A stretch of DNA of 64,000 nucleotides from assembly GCA_002633005.1 (NCBI GenBank), contig NMRA01000323.1, forward strand, positions 392,817-456,816. The letters run 5' to 3'. A program made the position numbers and the translations under genes. The stretch is from Phoronis australis (taxonomy: Eukaryota; Animalia; Phoronida). This document shows, piece by piece, positions 24,076-34,265 of the stretch (within the stretch, counting starts at the first letter, position 1; the number at the start of each line of letters is the position of its first letter). The notes beneath the pieces were generated by a model. That model ran no database searches, had not been told where the DNA came from, and saw only the letters and a program-made list of their open reading frames with translations.

Positions 24076-25628
24076 AAAATATTCTTACACACCACAAACA
24101 AAAACTCACTTTCTCAATAGCTTACGCAACTGCAATATCATGGAAAAGCTAGACCGCGGCCTAGATTGTGACCCCAATCACAACTACGCAATACTCAGTG
24201 ATACTTTGACATATCTCACGAAAAAACACTTTGGTCCAAAAATGTTAGATATAATAAACAGGCAAACACGCGTTTAACTCGTGGATTACACCTGGTATTT
24301 TAATTTCCATTCGTTACCGAGATAAACTGTACAAACAAACCAAGACAACCCCTCGCAACACACAATCCTACGCTACATGCCACAACAATCTTAAAGTATA
24401 CAACAAGATTCTCAAAAAAACTATTGATTCCGCCAAGCAATCTTACTATTATGACACATTCGAAAAAGGGAAGTCTGACATAAATAAAACATGGGANNNN
24501 NNNNNNNNNNNNNNNNNNNNNNNNNNNNNNNNNNNNNNNNNNNNNNNNNNNNNNNNNNNNNNNNNNNNNNNNNNNNNNNNNNNNNNNNNNNNNNNNNNNN
24601 NNNNNNNNNNNNNNNNNNNNNNNNNNNNNNNNNNNNNNNNNNNNNNNNNNNNNNNNNNNNNNNNNNNNNNNNNNNNNNNNNNNNNNNNNNNNNNNNNNNN
24701 NNNNNNNNNNNNNNNNNNNNNNNNNNNNNNNNNNNNNNNNNNNNNNNNNNNNNNNNNNNNNNNNNNNNNNNNNNNNNNNNNNNNNNNNNNNNNNNNNNNN
24801 NNNNNNNNNNNNNNNNNNNNNNNNNNNNNNNNNNNNNNNNNNNNNNNNNNNNNNNNNNNNNNNNNNNNNNNNNNNNNNNNNNNNNNNNNNNNNNNNNNNN
24901 NNNNNNNNNNNNNNNNNNNNNNNNNNNNNNNNNNNNNNNNNNNNNNNNNNNNNNNNNNNNNNNNNNNNNNNNNNNNNNNNNNNNNNNNNNNNNNNNNNNN
25001 NNNNNNNNNNNNNNNNNNNNNNNNNNNNNNNNNNNNNNNNNNNNNNNNNNNNNNNNNNNNNNNNNNNNNNNNNNNNNNNNNNNNNNNNNNNNNNNNNNNN
25101 NNNNNNNNNNNNNNNNNNNNNNNNNNNNNNNNNNNNNNNNTCAATACTCAGCTACTATACCGACAATACAACCCAAAATTTTAATTCCTCCGTCCAACAA
25201 ATTGTCATCAAGAGCCTGTATTAGATTTCAGATTCCTCGACTTATAAACAACAACGAAATACCAGTCTCTGCTCTAAATATAATAAAAACGCATTCTTTG
25301 CAAGCATTCTCCAGGTTCTTAACCAATTTTATTATTAGCAACTACGATCCAGTTTGTCATATTTCCAATTGCTTCATATGTAACAGTATCTAATTTTATT
25401 CTCAAAATCTCCTGAGCTGTGCCAGTTTACTTCTTGGTTCCTGGTGTGTCGGTCGTTTTCAGCACAAATTCACTGTTTTCTTAAGTATTCCTACTGATTT
25501 TTGCATTTCCATTTGTTTATCTTGTACAGGGGACCTTCTTATTAGCGGTCAATAACCTTTAGAAGGCCTCCTAATTGAAATCAAATTTTAATCAATGTAT
25601 TATTATTATGTAATGTAAATATAAGCGT

Positions 25629-25657
<29 letters not shown>
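24076..25657 (+). mobile_element. 5'-truncated, degraded CR1/L2-group (Crack-like) LINE spanning the assembly gap
   Basis: Frameshifted peptides DPNHNY..KHFGPK, WITPGILISIRYRDKLYK and KVYNKILKKTIDSAKQSYY..KTW resemble the endonuclease-RT linker of LINE ORF2. After the gap THSLQAF..CHISNCFIC* resembles the ORF2 C-terminus, followed by a 3' UTR ending in (CT)n. Confidence 0.75.
24497..25140. other. assembly gap (644 N)
   Basis: Run of N; a second 17-N gap lies at 29268-29284 inside a poly-C tract. Confidence 1.
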
Positions 25658-25663
<6 letters not shown>

Positions 25664-28224
25664 CGGACCTTTTTGTCCTACCTGTCGCCAACGCGGGGGG
25701 ATGGCTCGTTCGCGGAGCCCCGCCCCCCCCCGAGGCCCCTCCCCCCTGGGTGCGCGCATGGTGTATCTCCCATGAGATGAGTTCATCGTGCCTCTCTATG
25801 ATGTGACCGAGTTGAAAGTTATTTTTTTCACTATGGCCATAGCCGGGTTACGACTCTTTGAAAACTCAGTGCCGTAGGTCTCATAGTAATTAAACTGAAC
25901 AGACCGCCGAGAGCCGGCTTAGATCCGAAGTGAGAAATCAAAAGTAGTGTCACAGATTATGGAAGCGTTAGGTGCCACGTTGCGCGTCCCTGCACGTGCA
26001 GATAACGTGATAGAATCATGGAAAAACACAAGCAACAAGAAAAAAACTGAGAACCAGGGGACGTCTTCAGCGTGATGACACTTGCTGGTCGTTTTGTCTG
26101 TAGTGTTTCCTGTGTTCTACTGCTATTGGTCGTTGACCTGACGGAGTCTAAAAAGTTTAAAAAGAACATTCCCTTCAAGTGTCCTGTAAACGGAACTGTA
26201 CAATGTGAATCAGCAAATACCAGAGACAGACTTGTGTGAGTAGTACTAAATCTTGGACTGTTCATATCTTTTTACATAATTATGGTTGGTAAATGAAGGA
26301 GAACGCGACTGATCTGTGTACTCTAGCTAACCAAGCTTCACGCCTCACACTGATGCAATTTCGTTCCCCGGCCCCCACGTGTCCTGGATCCAGTTGAGAT
26401 AATTACACAACGTTTGGAGCCTTAATTGTTACAGCACTGTGTCAGCTAGATCCTTAGATACAAGGCCCCAGGACTCACTTTCCTTAGGCACCCCATCGGA
26501 TTTCAGAGATCGGACAACTACACAATTTTTCGTGGCGCCGTGCTCGGCATGCAAGTGGACATCCAAATTGGGGGCATCAAGGCAAATAACTAACTAGTCA
26601 AATTGCGACTGATTTGTAGTTACATTGAATTGAGTTTCTATTTTGTTCATTTTATTTTTACTTTTCTTGGTAATAGGGGTCCATGCATTTGAGTAGAGAG
26701 AGGTGCCCGGCAATAAAAACCGCCCCGGGCATCACCAAGTACCTATGCACCGCTCCTGGGCTTAGTAGGTTTGGCCTACGTAAGTCGTGACATCATTTTG
26801 TCAGACACGTAAAAGAAGTTGTTCCGTATCAGTTTTGATGATGATGTCGGATCCTGGGCGGAGACTGAAAAGTGTTTTGTGTACGGGCAGTCCTTGTCGA
26901 GCCGCAAGAGCGGGCAACTGAAGCAATAGTGAAAGTCTAGCTAGGAGCATTGCATTTACGCGAAATGTTTTGTGGTTTTCATTTGTGGTGTCCTTGTAAG
27001 GTGCGTCAGGTGACATGAATCGAGGGATATCATTTCAGTACTAAAGACAAAACAATCCGATACGAAAACTGGCCCGATGAGGGAACTAAGCGTTTATCCT
27101 GCGAGCCAGTGGCTACCATTAACAAGGCTGTGACAACACCGACTAAGCCAACCTACGGCAAGTCTTTGTTATAAGGTTCTGTATGTCGAATGAGCTTATT
27201 GGTATGACCTAGCAAGTCGTCCGCTCAGTACTCAGTTAAATGCTATTTGTAGGGGCAAAGTCTAAATTTTCTGAAAGTAGAAAGACTGTAGAATTGTTTT
27301 CTGACTTGTTGAGCTGGCATTAACTGGGTCATAATACCATGCCTTTTTTGGTAAAATTTAGCAAAGAAAACAAGTGTATCGATATAGCAAATTAAAACAA
27401 CGTTATCAATTGACACTATGACCAAATTTTGTTTAATATACATGTTCAAGAAGAAATCTCAAAAATGCAGTTAGTGTTTCCTAAAGTGTCTGACTCATTT
27501 TATTTTCGTTTTAAGCAATTTTTGATTTTTTATGAAACCGTAAAATCCAAATTTTGAAAGTCCCTCTTACTAAAGCGGAACATTCTAAAAACAATTCCTA
27601 AAAGAATGTTGGAGAACCACGTACAAGACCGATACTGAGCAGGCTAAAACTTGTATTTTTTTCAGACAGTACGCATGAAGTTCAGGAAATCGGTGTTTTG
27701 CGCAAAAACAGTGAACCAACAAGTCTCAGTGCTCACATATATCACGTGATCAACCTTCTGTTTGTTATACTCGTTCTCACAGTGCTAAGTCACGTGTACG
27801 ACATGGGTTGCTACTAGCCGAAATGCGACACAAAAGATCAAGACACGACCCCATGAATGTGTGTTTGAATCAGCGAAGAAACGAGCAAGAAACTGATTTC
27901 TCTGTTTGGAATTTGACAATGACTGAAAAAGAGCGAGAGAGAGAAAGAAATTGTCACATCCGTCACGTTTAGCAACTTTTTTAGAATAATTTATTTTGTT
28001 TTGAGGGATTAGGGAACTGAACACAAAATCAACGGTGAAGTAAAGTAACGCACGTAACATACAATGAAGTTAATTCTTATTCACTGGTTTTCACAAGATG
28101 CACTTGCAATTATTTTTCTGTTTATTTCTGCCCAGTGCACTGATCTATAATTCATCAGCTAAATTGTGACCCAGAATCCCAAGTATTCGAAACCAAAATA
28201 ACGTAACAGAAAACAAACCAGTCA

Positions 28225-28440
28225 CATGCGCGCACCCAGCTTAAAAATGAGGTGCTCTAATTTTTGAGAATGTGGACCTTAACTAAAGAAAAACGGGGCA
28301 CGTTCACAGCCATGAATTGTGCCTTTGCCTTTTTAGTGGACTTCGTCTCGTTTTCTACTTTTTAGGACTTTTTATTTGTCTGAGGCGGACCTTTTTTGCC
28401 CACTTCACCAACCGAGCCCCCCTGCCGGGGTGCGCGCATG
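28225..28440. mobile_element. MITE with CATGCGCGCACCC TIR (uninterrupted copy)
   Basis: catgcgcgcaccc / gggtgcgcgcatg; flanks cagtca / cagtcg. Confidence 0.8.
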
Positions 28441-30302
28441 CAGTCGTTGTAAATTAAAGTTGCAATTCATCCCGTTTAGTTGGATAAAAACGAAAATAGA
28501 ATTAGATCTTTCGGTATCATAAAATCGTTACAGCGATACCGCGATAGATACAGTGACGTAACGTTTTGTTTCCGAGGCCAACAAGGCCATCGAAACCATC
28601 CTTGACACAAGAAAACGCTTCCGACTTTATTAGTGTAAGCCAATAAAATTGCGAATTCAAAAGCGATGTATGTATGTACATTGAATGTGGCTTGAATCGG
28701 CCGTGACAAAAGCAGAATCCGATCAGGGCAAAGGACCGTGAATATGATTACGATCTACCGCTTTTATTAGAATAGGTTGCGTAATTGGCGATTTTCGCTT
28801 CTCAGCCAGCTAAAAAGTCCGAATTACAGCTTTAACATTTATGTCTCGAAAAGAAAAGGAATGAACGAAATACTGTGCCCATATTAATCACAGTAATCTG
28901 GCTGCGGAAAATCTATCCAACTGGACACGTCCCTTTATATGTACCGTATATATGTGTTTATCAACTGGAAACATATAGATCCACGGAATTATGTGAACTT
29001 TAAACGCAGCACACACATTAGTCATGGTGTAGGGCAGTCGCTTTCCTCTGGTGCACATAGTCTTCCAGAAGTTCTGTCCAGCATGAACTAATTGAATGCC
29101 TTCCTGAAAATGAATGCTTTCGTCAACAGCGCAAGCTACATGTACACCAATATCGGTCCGTATCCACGGGTGCCGCCTAGAACAAACTGGGCAGGTAATA
29201 GATCCGGATATGGCCTAATCTCGAAAAGCGTTGTTTTCTCACGAGTTTCGAACATCTTTCTCCCCCCNNNNNNNNNNNNNNNNNCCCCCCCCCCCCCCCC
29301 CCCCCGATTCGAAGTTGTGACACAGTCAGTTGCTGTCTAAGCCAGCTGGACTGTTAGAGCGAATTGCAGGAGGCGCATCCCGGCAGACTTGAATTTGAAT
29401 TAGGGTGCCTAAGGTCATCTGATCGCAAGTGAAGTGAAGTCGTGCAATAAATAAACACGTATGTGAAGTAGTGTATGGAACGCCACTAGCGTCACCTTAT
29501 GACGGGTGTTTTCTAACACGTGACGAGGCATTTCTAACACGCTGACGCGTCAGTGATGCTGTCGATGTTCTTAAAAGAACCAATCAGTGTTAAGGTTATA
29601 CAGTGTGTTGACCAACCCAATGGGATCGTCATGTTTTGACGTGACTGACAATTACATAGGCTGAGCATTTGACACAAAGAAAAAATATAAAAAATGGCTA
29701 GCACCGTCTCACACAAAAACACAACTTACACAATGTCCTGTCTCCACTGAGCAATAATAGTACATCTTCGCTGATTAAGCAAATAGAACCTACAAGAACT
29801 CAAGAACTGTTGACACAGCACGTGCGAAATTCATCCAAGATCACAGACATCAAGTCCTCACAGCGTTGCCCTCGTTTATTCGGAAAAAAACAGTCTTTCG
29901 TTTATATCATTTTGACTGTACATGCGACTCTAACGCAGAAGCCACCGTTGTATTTTTGCAGGGTGCTACACTTCACAGAAAAGACCCGTCACAAGGTGAC
30001 GCTAGAGGCGTTCCATAGTAGTGTGCACAAGCGACCTCGCTTAACTTGTCATCGTATTGATGTCAGTCTGGGCAAGACGCGTCACTTTTTCTTGGTCCCC
30101 GATTACTCGCTCATTCATTTGCATGTAGAAGTTCCCAGTTTTTAGACGTCATTTTTATGTCGTAATTTGGCAGAACTTGTGGCTCAAGAGTCGAAGCTCT
30201 GTTCTGACATTTACATGCCATACTTTTCACGTTAGTCGTCAATGGTGGATTCGTGACAAACTTTTCGCGTTAGTCGCCAATGAATGGATTTAAAATGTCA
30301 TA

Positions 30303-30616
30303 CAGTGGCGGATCTAGGATATCATAAGGGGAGGGGCAACATTTTGTCTGGGGCAATTGAGCAAAGCACGATTAGATGCGTGCACGCAGTCTGAAAGACA
30401 GGGAAGCTCGAGTGTCTGAACCTTCAAAGGAAAATGGTTGAGGACACAATTGCTATGAATCGTGAGCCCCCTACCCCTCAGCCGCTTATTAATTATCGCG
30501 GTTGCTTGTTGAATTCATTATTTCCTTATGATATTGCTGTTTTATTTTTTCCGTCCGCAGCCAAGGGGAGGGGGACGGCCCCCTTGGCACCCCTCCCCCC
30601 TCTAAATCCGCCTATA
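30303..30616. mobile_element. MITE with CAGTGGCGGAT-type TIR, 5-bp TSD
   Basis: cagtggcggatctag ... ctaaatccgcctata; TCATA on both flanks. Confidence 0.75.
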
Positions 30617-32737
30617 TCATAAGTATTCGCAACAACTTTAGATGGAGTTTATGCTCGCCATTGGAACAAGAAATTTTAAAAAGAGTTGTCAACAAGCCAG
30701 GCTTCACTCCTACAAGAATTTTAAAGATTCAACTATAGGCTTCATGGCAAAAACTAACGGTAAAACCCCGTAATTGGGCGCAGGCGCCTAATTGCATAGC
30801 TTAGGCGCATGTGAAAACGTGTTATTTCGAATAAGCGCATTCACTTACTTGCAGCGGGGTTTTACGGCCGCAATGGTTTTTTAGTCAAATTTCACAGATA
30901 CTCACGGTAAAAACATATACAATGAAATTAGATTTGAAATACAGATAATGAGGAAAACAACCCTTAGAATATGAGCTTAGCAAACTATACATTCTTTTTA
31001 TCAAAAATCGATGACACAGAAGTCGATATACCCCGGCGGTTATCATCGCTATGACAGGTAAAATTTGTCCTTTTTAATGTTCCACTTTTGGATGAGGGGC
31101 TACCAAAAACAGGATATGCAATTTTCATGAAAAAGGTTGCATAAACAAAAGCAAAACTATAATTTAGAAAACATTAACCGAGTTTTTATATTTTATCTTG
31201 AACATTTCTATTACAGAATATGGTCATATTATTGATCCTGTTGTTTTGCTATGAATGTACCTTTTTTGCTAAATCATCCTAGGTCACACGACCTCTAGTG
31301 GCAGATTAGAATATAGTCAAATTCAAATTCTACGGGATTTCTACTTTGATTTCACAAATGAAATGTAGGCCTGTGCCTCTGCGGAGTTGAATTCTATGAT
31401 TTTGTAGATATTTAGCTACAGCAAATACACAGTCATGGCGATACCTACCCATTTGGCGAAGTGGGCAAAAAGTCCGCGTCTTAGAAACAAAAAGTTTGAG
31501 AAAATGAGACAAAAGTCCTCTGAACAAGCCCAAACTCGCAATTCACAGTGGTGCTCCCGTTTTTTTTGTTTTCAAGTCCGCCCGCTTTTTTGTTACCAAA
31601 AGGTCCAACGTCAGGAATTCGAGCCCCCCACATTGATGGCTGGGTGCGCGCATGACTAACACACACTTTTAAAGGGTACCAACCCGGTTTTGCTGGAATA
31701 TCAATAGATACTACAAGCGTCTTTCCCACCCAGTTCTCTGTAACAAAATAATTCTCTGTAACCATCCACAACCCTCAAAAGTTTGGACGAAAATTTGAAT
31801 TTGAAAACATTTAAACATGGGCAAGAGCACCATATGGGGCTGGGGGGCTATAGCCCCCCACTTTTTTCAGTGCTAAGCGGCACGTAGTCTACAGGCGGTG
31901 CACCAGGGCGCTGAGGGGGCTTTAGTCTCCCACTTTTTTCACTGCTGCGCCAAACCGGCAAGCGTGACCTACGTTTCCGACTAGCTGATGCTGTGGGACA
32001 AACATACCAACATACTGTCCAATTCGTCATTGAGATAGGAGTATGAGTTTTCAGTTGATTCCTAGCTGCTTTTATCTTTCGCGATTGACGCCGATGATGC
32101 ATTAGCAGGTGACAGAGGATTGGTCGTTATCATAAAACAGGGTTTAGTATCCTGTTAACTGTTTAATCCGGCGCTAAGGGCTTTGGCGTACTGAACAAAA
32201 AATCTTTTAAAAACAACTACAGTGTTCTATAGGCTGATCAATAAACAGCTTGCAAAAATATCTACTCACGCGCATTGCACGTCTCTCAGCCCAGCATCGT
32301 CTAAGCAAATCATCACCGGCTACAAGGCCGGGCGGGAATCACTATAGCACAGCCAGAGTACAGAGAAAGCAAATTAACGTGAACTTGATATACAGGATCG
32401 ATCAGGAAGGGACACTGGCGGGGGTGTTTTTGCAATGGGGGACACCCTCATCCTGCCGCGGCGTGGCAACTGAAAGTAGGTTAACCTATTAGTACATTAG
32501 TTAATTCAGGAATCGTATTACAGGCCTTGAAAACTGCTAGACTGCTTGAATAAACGCCCAAACTGCACGCCATTTTGTTATTGCCGCAAGCAGTCTGGTT
32601 GGCAATCGATTTTCGATCATGGCCGGGACGGGAACATTACATAGTATTGATCAAATCAGAAGCTGGAATTGCACATTAACGGGATATCGTTCCCTAGATC
32701 GTGGCGAGCATGACTCCCGGTTTCAAAGACTAACCAG

Positions 32738-33185
32738 TGATGTTGTCACATCAACTCAGAGAGGCCACCATGGACCACTGGCTCACCTAGAGTAGCCTGT
32801 AGCCGTCGTATAGTCACTGGAAACCACTCGGCGACTGAAGCTGCGTCGTAGGTCTTCTTTCCGACGAAAAACCGCGAAAGCCCCTCTGTCCTGCCAATAC
32901 ACGCTGGATTTAAATAAAACAGCATAGAACGGCTAAACACAGGGGCCTTCGGGCAGCACGCCAACCCCATAGCTCCACAATGGGAGGTCGCGGGGCCGCT
33001 GCGGCATTACCGACCGAAAGCCAGGTGGTTCCAGTGTCACAGACGACCCAGGAGGCTACGAAGTAAGCACGAGTCTGGTCCATAAGGGGTCTTTCCCGTG
33101 AAGATGAGCCAACACCCACTTCCAGTCCGTCATAATGACAAAACCGAGAGCGAGCTGCCACTACTGCAGGGCACGAAGGTTAACT
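32738..33185 (-). ncRNA. structured non-coding RNA with H/ACA-like 3' domain; candidate telomerase RNA (alternative: RNase MRP-like)
   Basis: GC-rich island with no credible ORF; many helices containing G-U pairs that favour the minus strand; long-range helix 33025-33036/32815-32827; H box AUACGA (32806-32811), 3' hairpin, ACA (32741-32746); dedicated promoter upstream. Confidence is for a structured ncRNA; the telomerase identity is less certain. Confidence 0.6.
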
Positions 33186-33251
33186 GCCAGGTAACCGAGC
33201 TGTGCCTCTTTATAGGGGCTGTGACATCACACAGTCCTGGAATTTGATTGG
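33185..33251 (-). promoter_or_regulatory. compact promoter: CCAAT (33247-33251), CRE-like TGATGTCA (33222-33229), TATAAA (33209-33214), Inr-like GCAGTT with A at 33185
   Basis: Motifs read directly on the minus strand in canonical order; first T of TATA is 29 nt upstream of the predicted +1 A. Confidence 0.7.
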
Positions 33252-33623
33252 GAGATATTTTTAGCTGAATACGTATTGCATGGAATGCTGACATTAGCAT
33301 TAAATATGAACTTATAATACAATCAGCTATACGTGATGTCGGTTATCTCTGTGGTGACGATTATCAGATTAATGTTTATGGGGTCTTAAGTGACGGTTTT
33401 GTTTGTAAGCAGACGAACATTATTTGTACGTGGGTATCACTCACCGGGCCATTGAGTGTAATATACAAGTCAATAAAATTTGGACTTAAGTTATTGTTTT
33501 TACACACCAACCATAACTCAATTTAATAGCATCATAAAATGAAAGAATACTGAACAACAGTTTTGCGCCAAAAGCACAACACTTAAAGATTGGATATAAA
33601 AATTTGACAACAGTATGTCAGGA

Positions 33624-33696
33624 GGGGAATTAGCTCAGATGGTAGAGCGCTCGCTTAGCATGCGAGAGGTACCGGGATCGATGCCCGGATTCTCCA
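33624..33696 (+). tRNA. tRNA-Ala (anticodon AGC)
   Basis: Complete 73-nt cloverleaf GGGGAAT..ATTCTCC-A with G3:U70 identity pair, anticodon loop TTAGCAT, ATCGATG T-loop typical of animal tRNA-Ala(AGC), TTTT terminator at 33706-33709. Confidence 0.97.
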
Positions 33697-33950
33697 AGTA
33701 TGCTCTTTTGCCGTGCCGTAAATATAACGAAAAGTACTCGGGCCAAAGGCGTCAAAAACGACTTTTTAACATGCACTACTGACGATAACTGCCGGTCTCA
33801 AGTTGTTTCTGCCTAGGCAGTTGAGAAGTAACTTGTGGGTCTGAAAAGAACTGGGTACTTTGTATTGCTAGAGACAATGTTGGCTAATGAAAGTATAATG
33901 CTGCCAGGTCCCCCTTAAAAGAGGACGCTGGTCTCGACCAAGGCGACCTG

Positions 33951-34265
33951 CAGTGGGGGATTTATCGGGGGGTGGGGGGGGCATGGCCCCCCTAAAATTC
34001 TACCATATACCATGTGGGAGTTCCTGTGCGAACTGCTGACTAGCACACGCGCGCAACCAGACGGCGAATAAACAAAGCATAGGCCCTGAACAAACCCCGT
34101 TTACCGTTTTTCTATTTTATTATTTTTTTGGTCAAAGGGTCCGCAAACACAGAAATTCGAGACCCCTGCATCCGTACATTTTAGGCTGGGCGCACGCATC
34201 TGCCGAAATTCTGATTATTCCTGTGCTCTGACCCCTCCCCTAAAAAAATCCTGGATCTGCCCCTG
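33951..34265. mobile_element. MITE with CAGTGG(C/G)GGAT-type TIR, 5-bp TSD
   Basis: cagtgggggattta ... tggatctgcccctg; ACCTG on both flanks. Confidence 0.75.

Larger units (their letters stand above)
23893..25760. mobile_element. same CATGCGCGCACCC MITE family, split by a LINE insertion
   Basis: Left half (23893-24075) and right half (25658-25760) match the two halves of the 28225-28440 copy. Confidence 0.7.

Noticed and set aside
24449-25393. 231- and 300-aa ORFs in the track
   Set aside because: Artefacts of translating through the N gap; only the LINE-like tail is real.
32722-32820. GACUA/UAGUC pair resembling group I intron P7 (R and S elements)
   Set aside because: No room for P6 between the P4-like strand and GACUA, J8/7 consensus is poor, and there are no flanking exons.
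32746-33161. Short minus-strand ORFs (74 and 83 aa) within the structured island
   Set aside because: Both begin at non-ATG codons, show no domain similarity I can recognise and have no splice support; non-coding explanation preferred.
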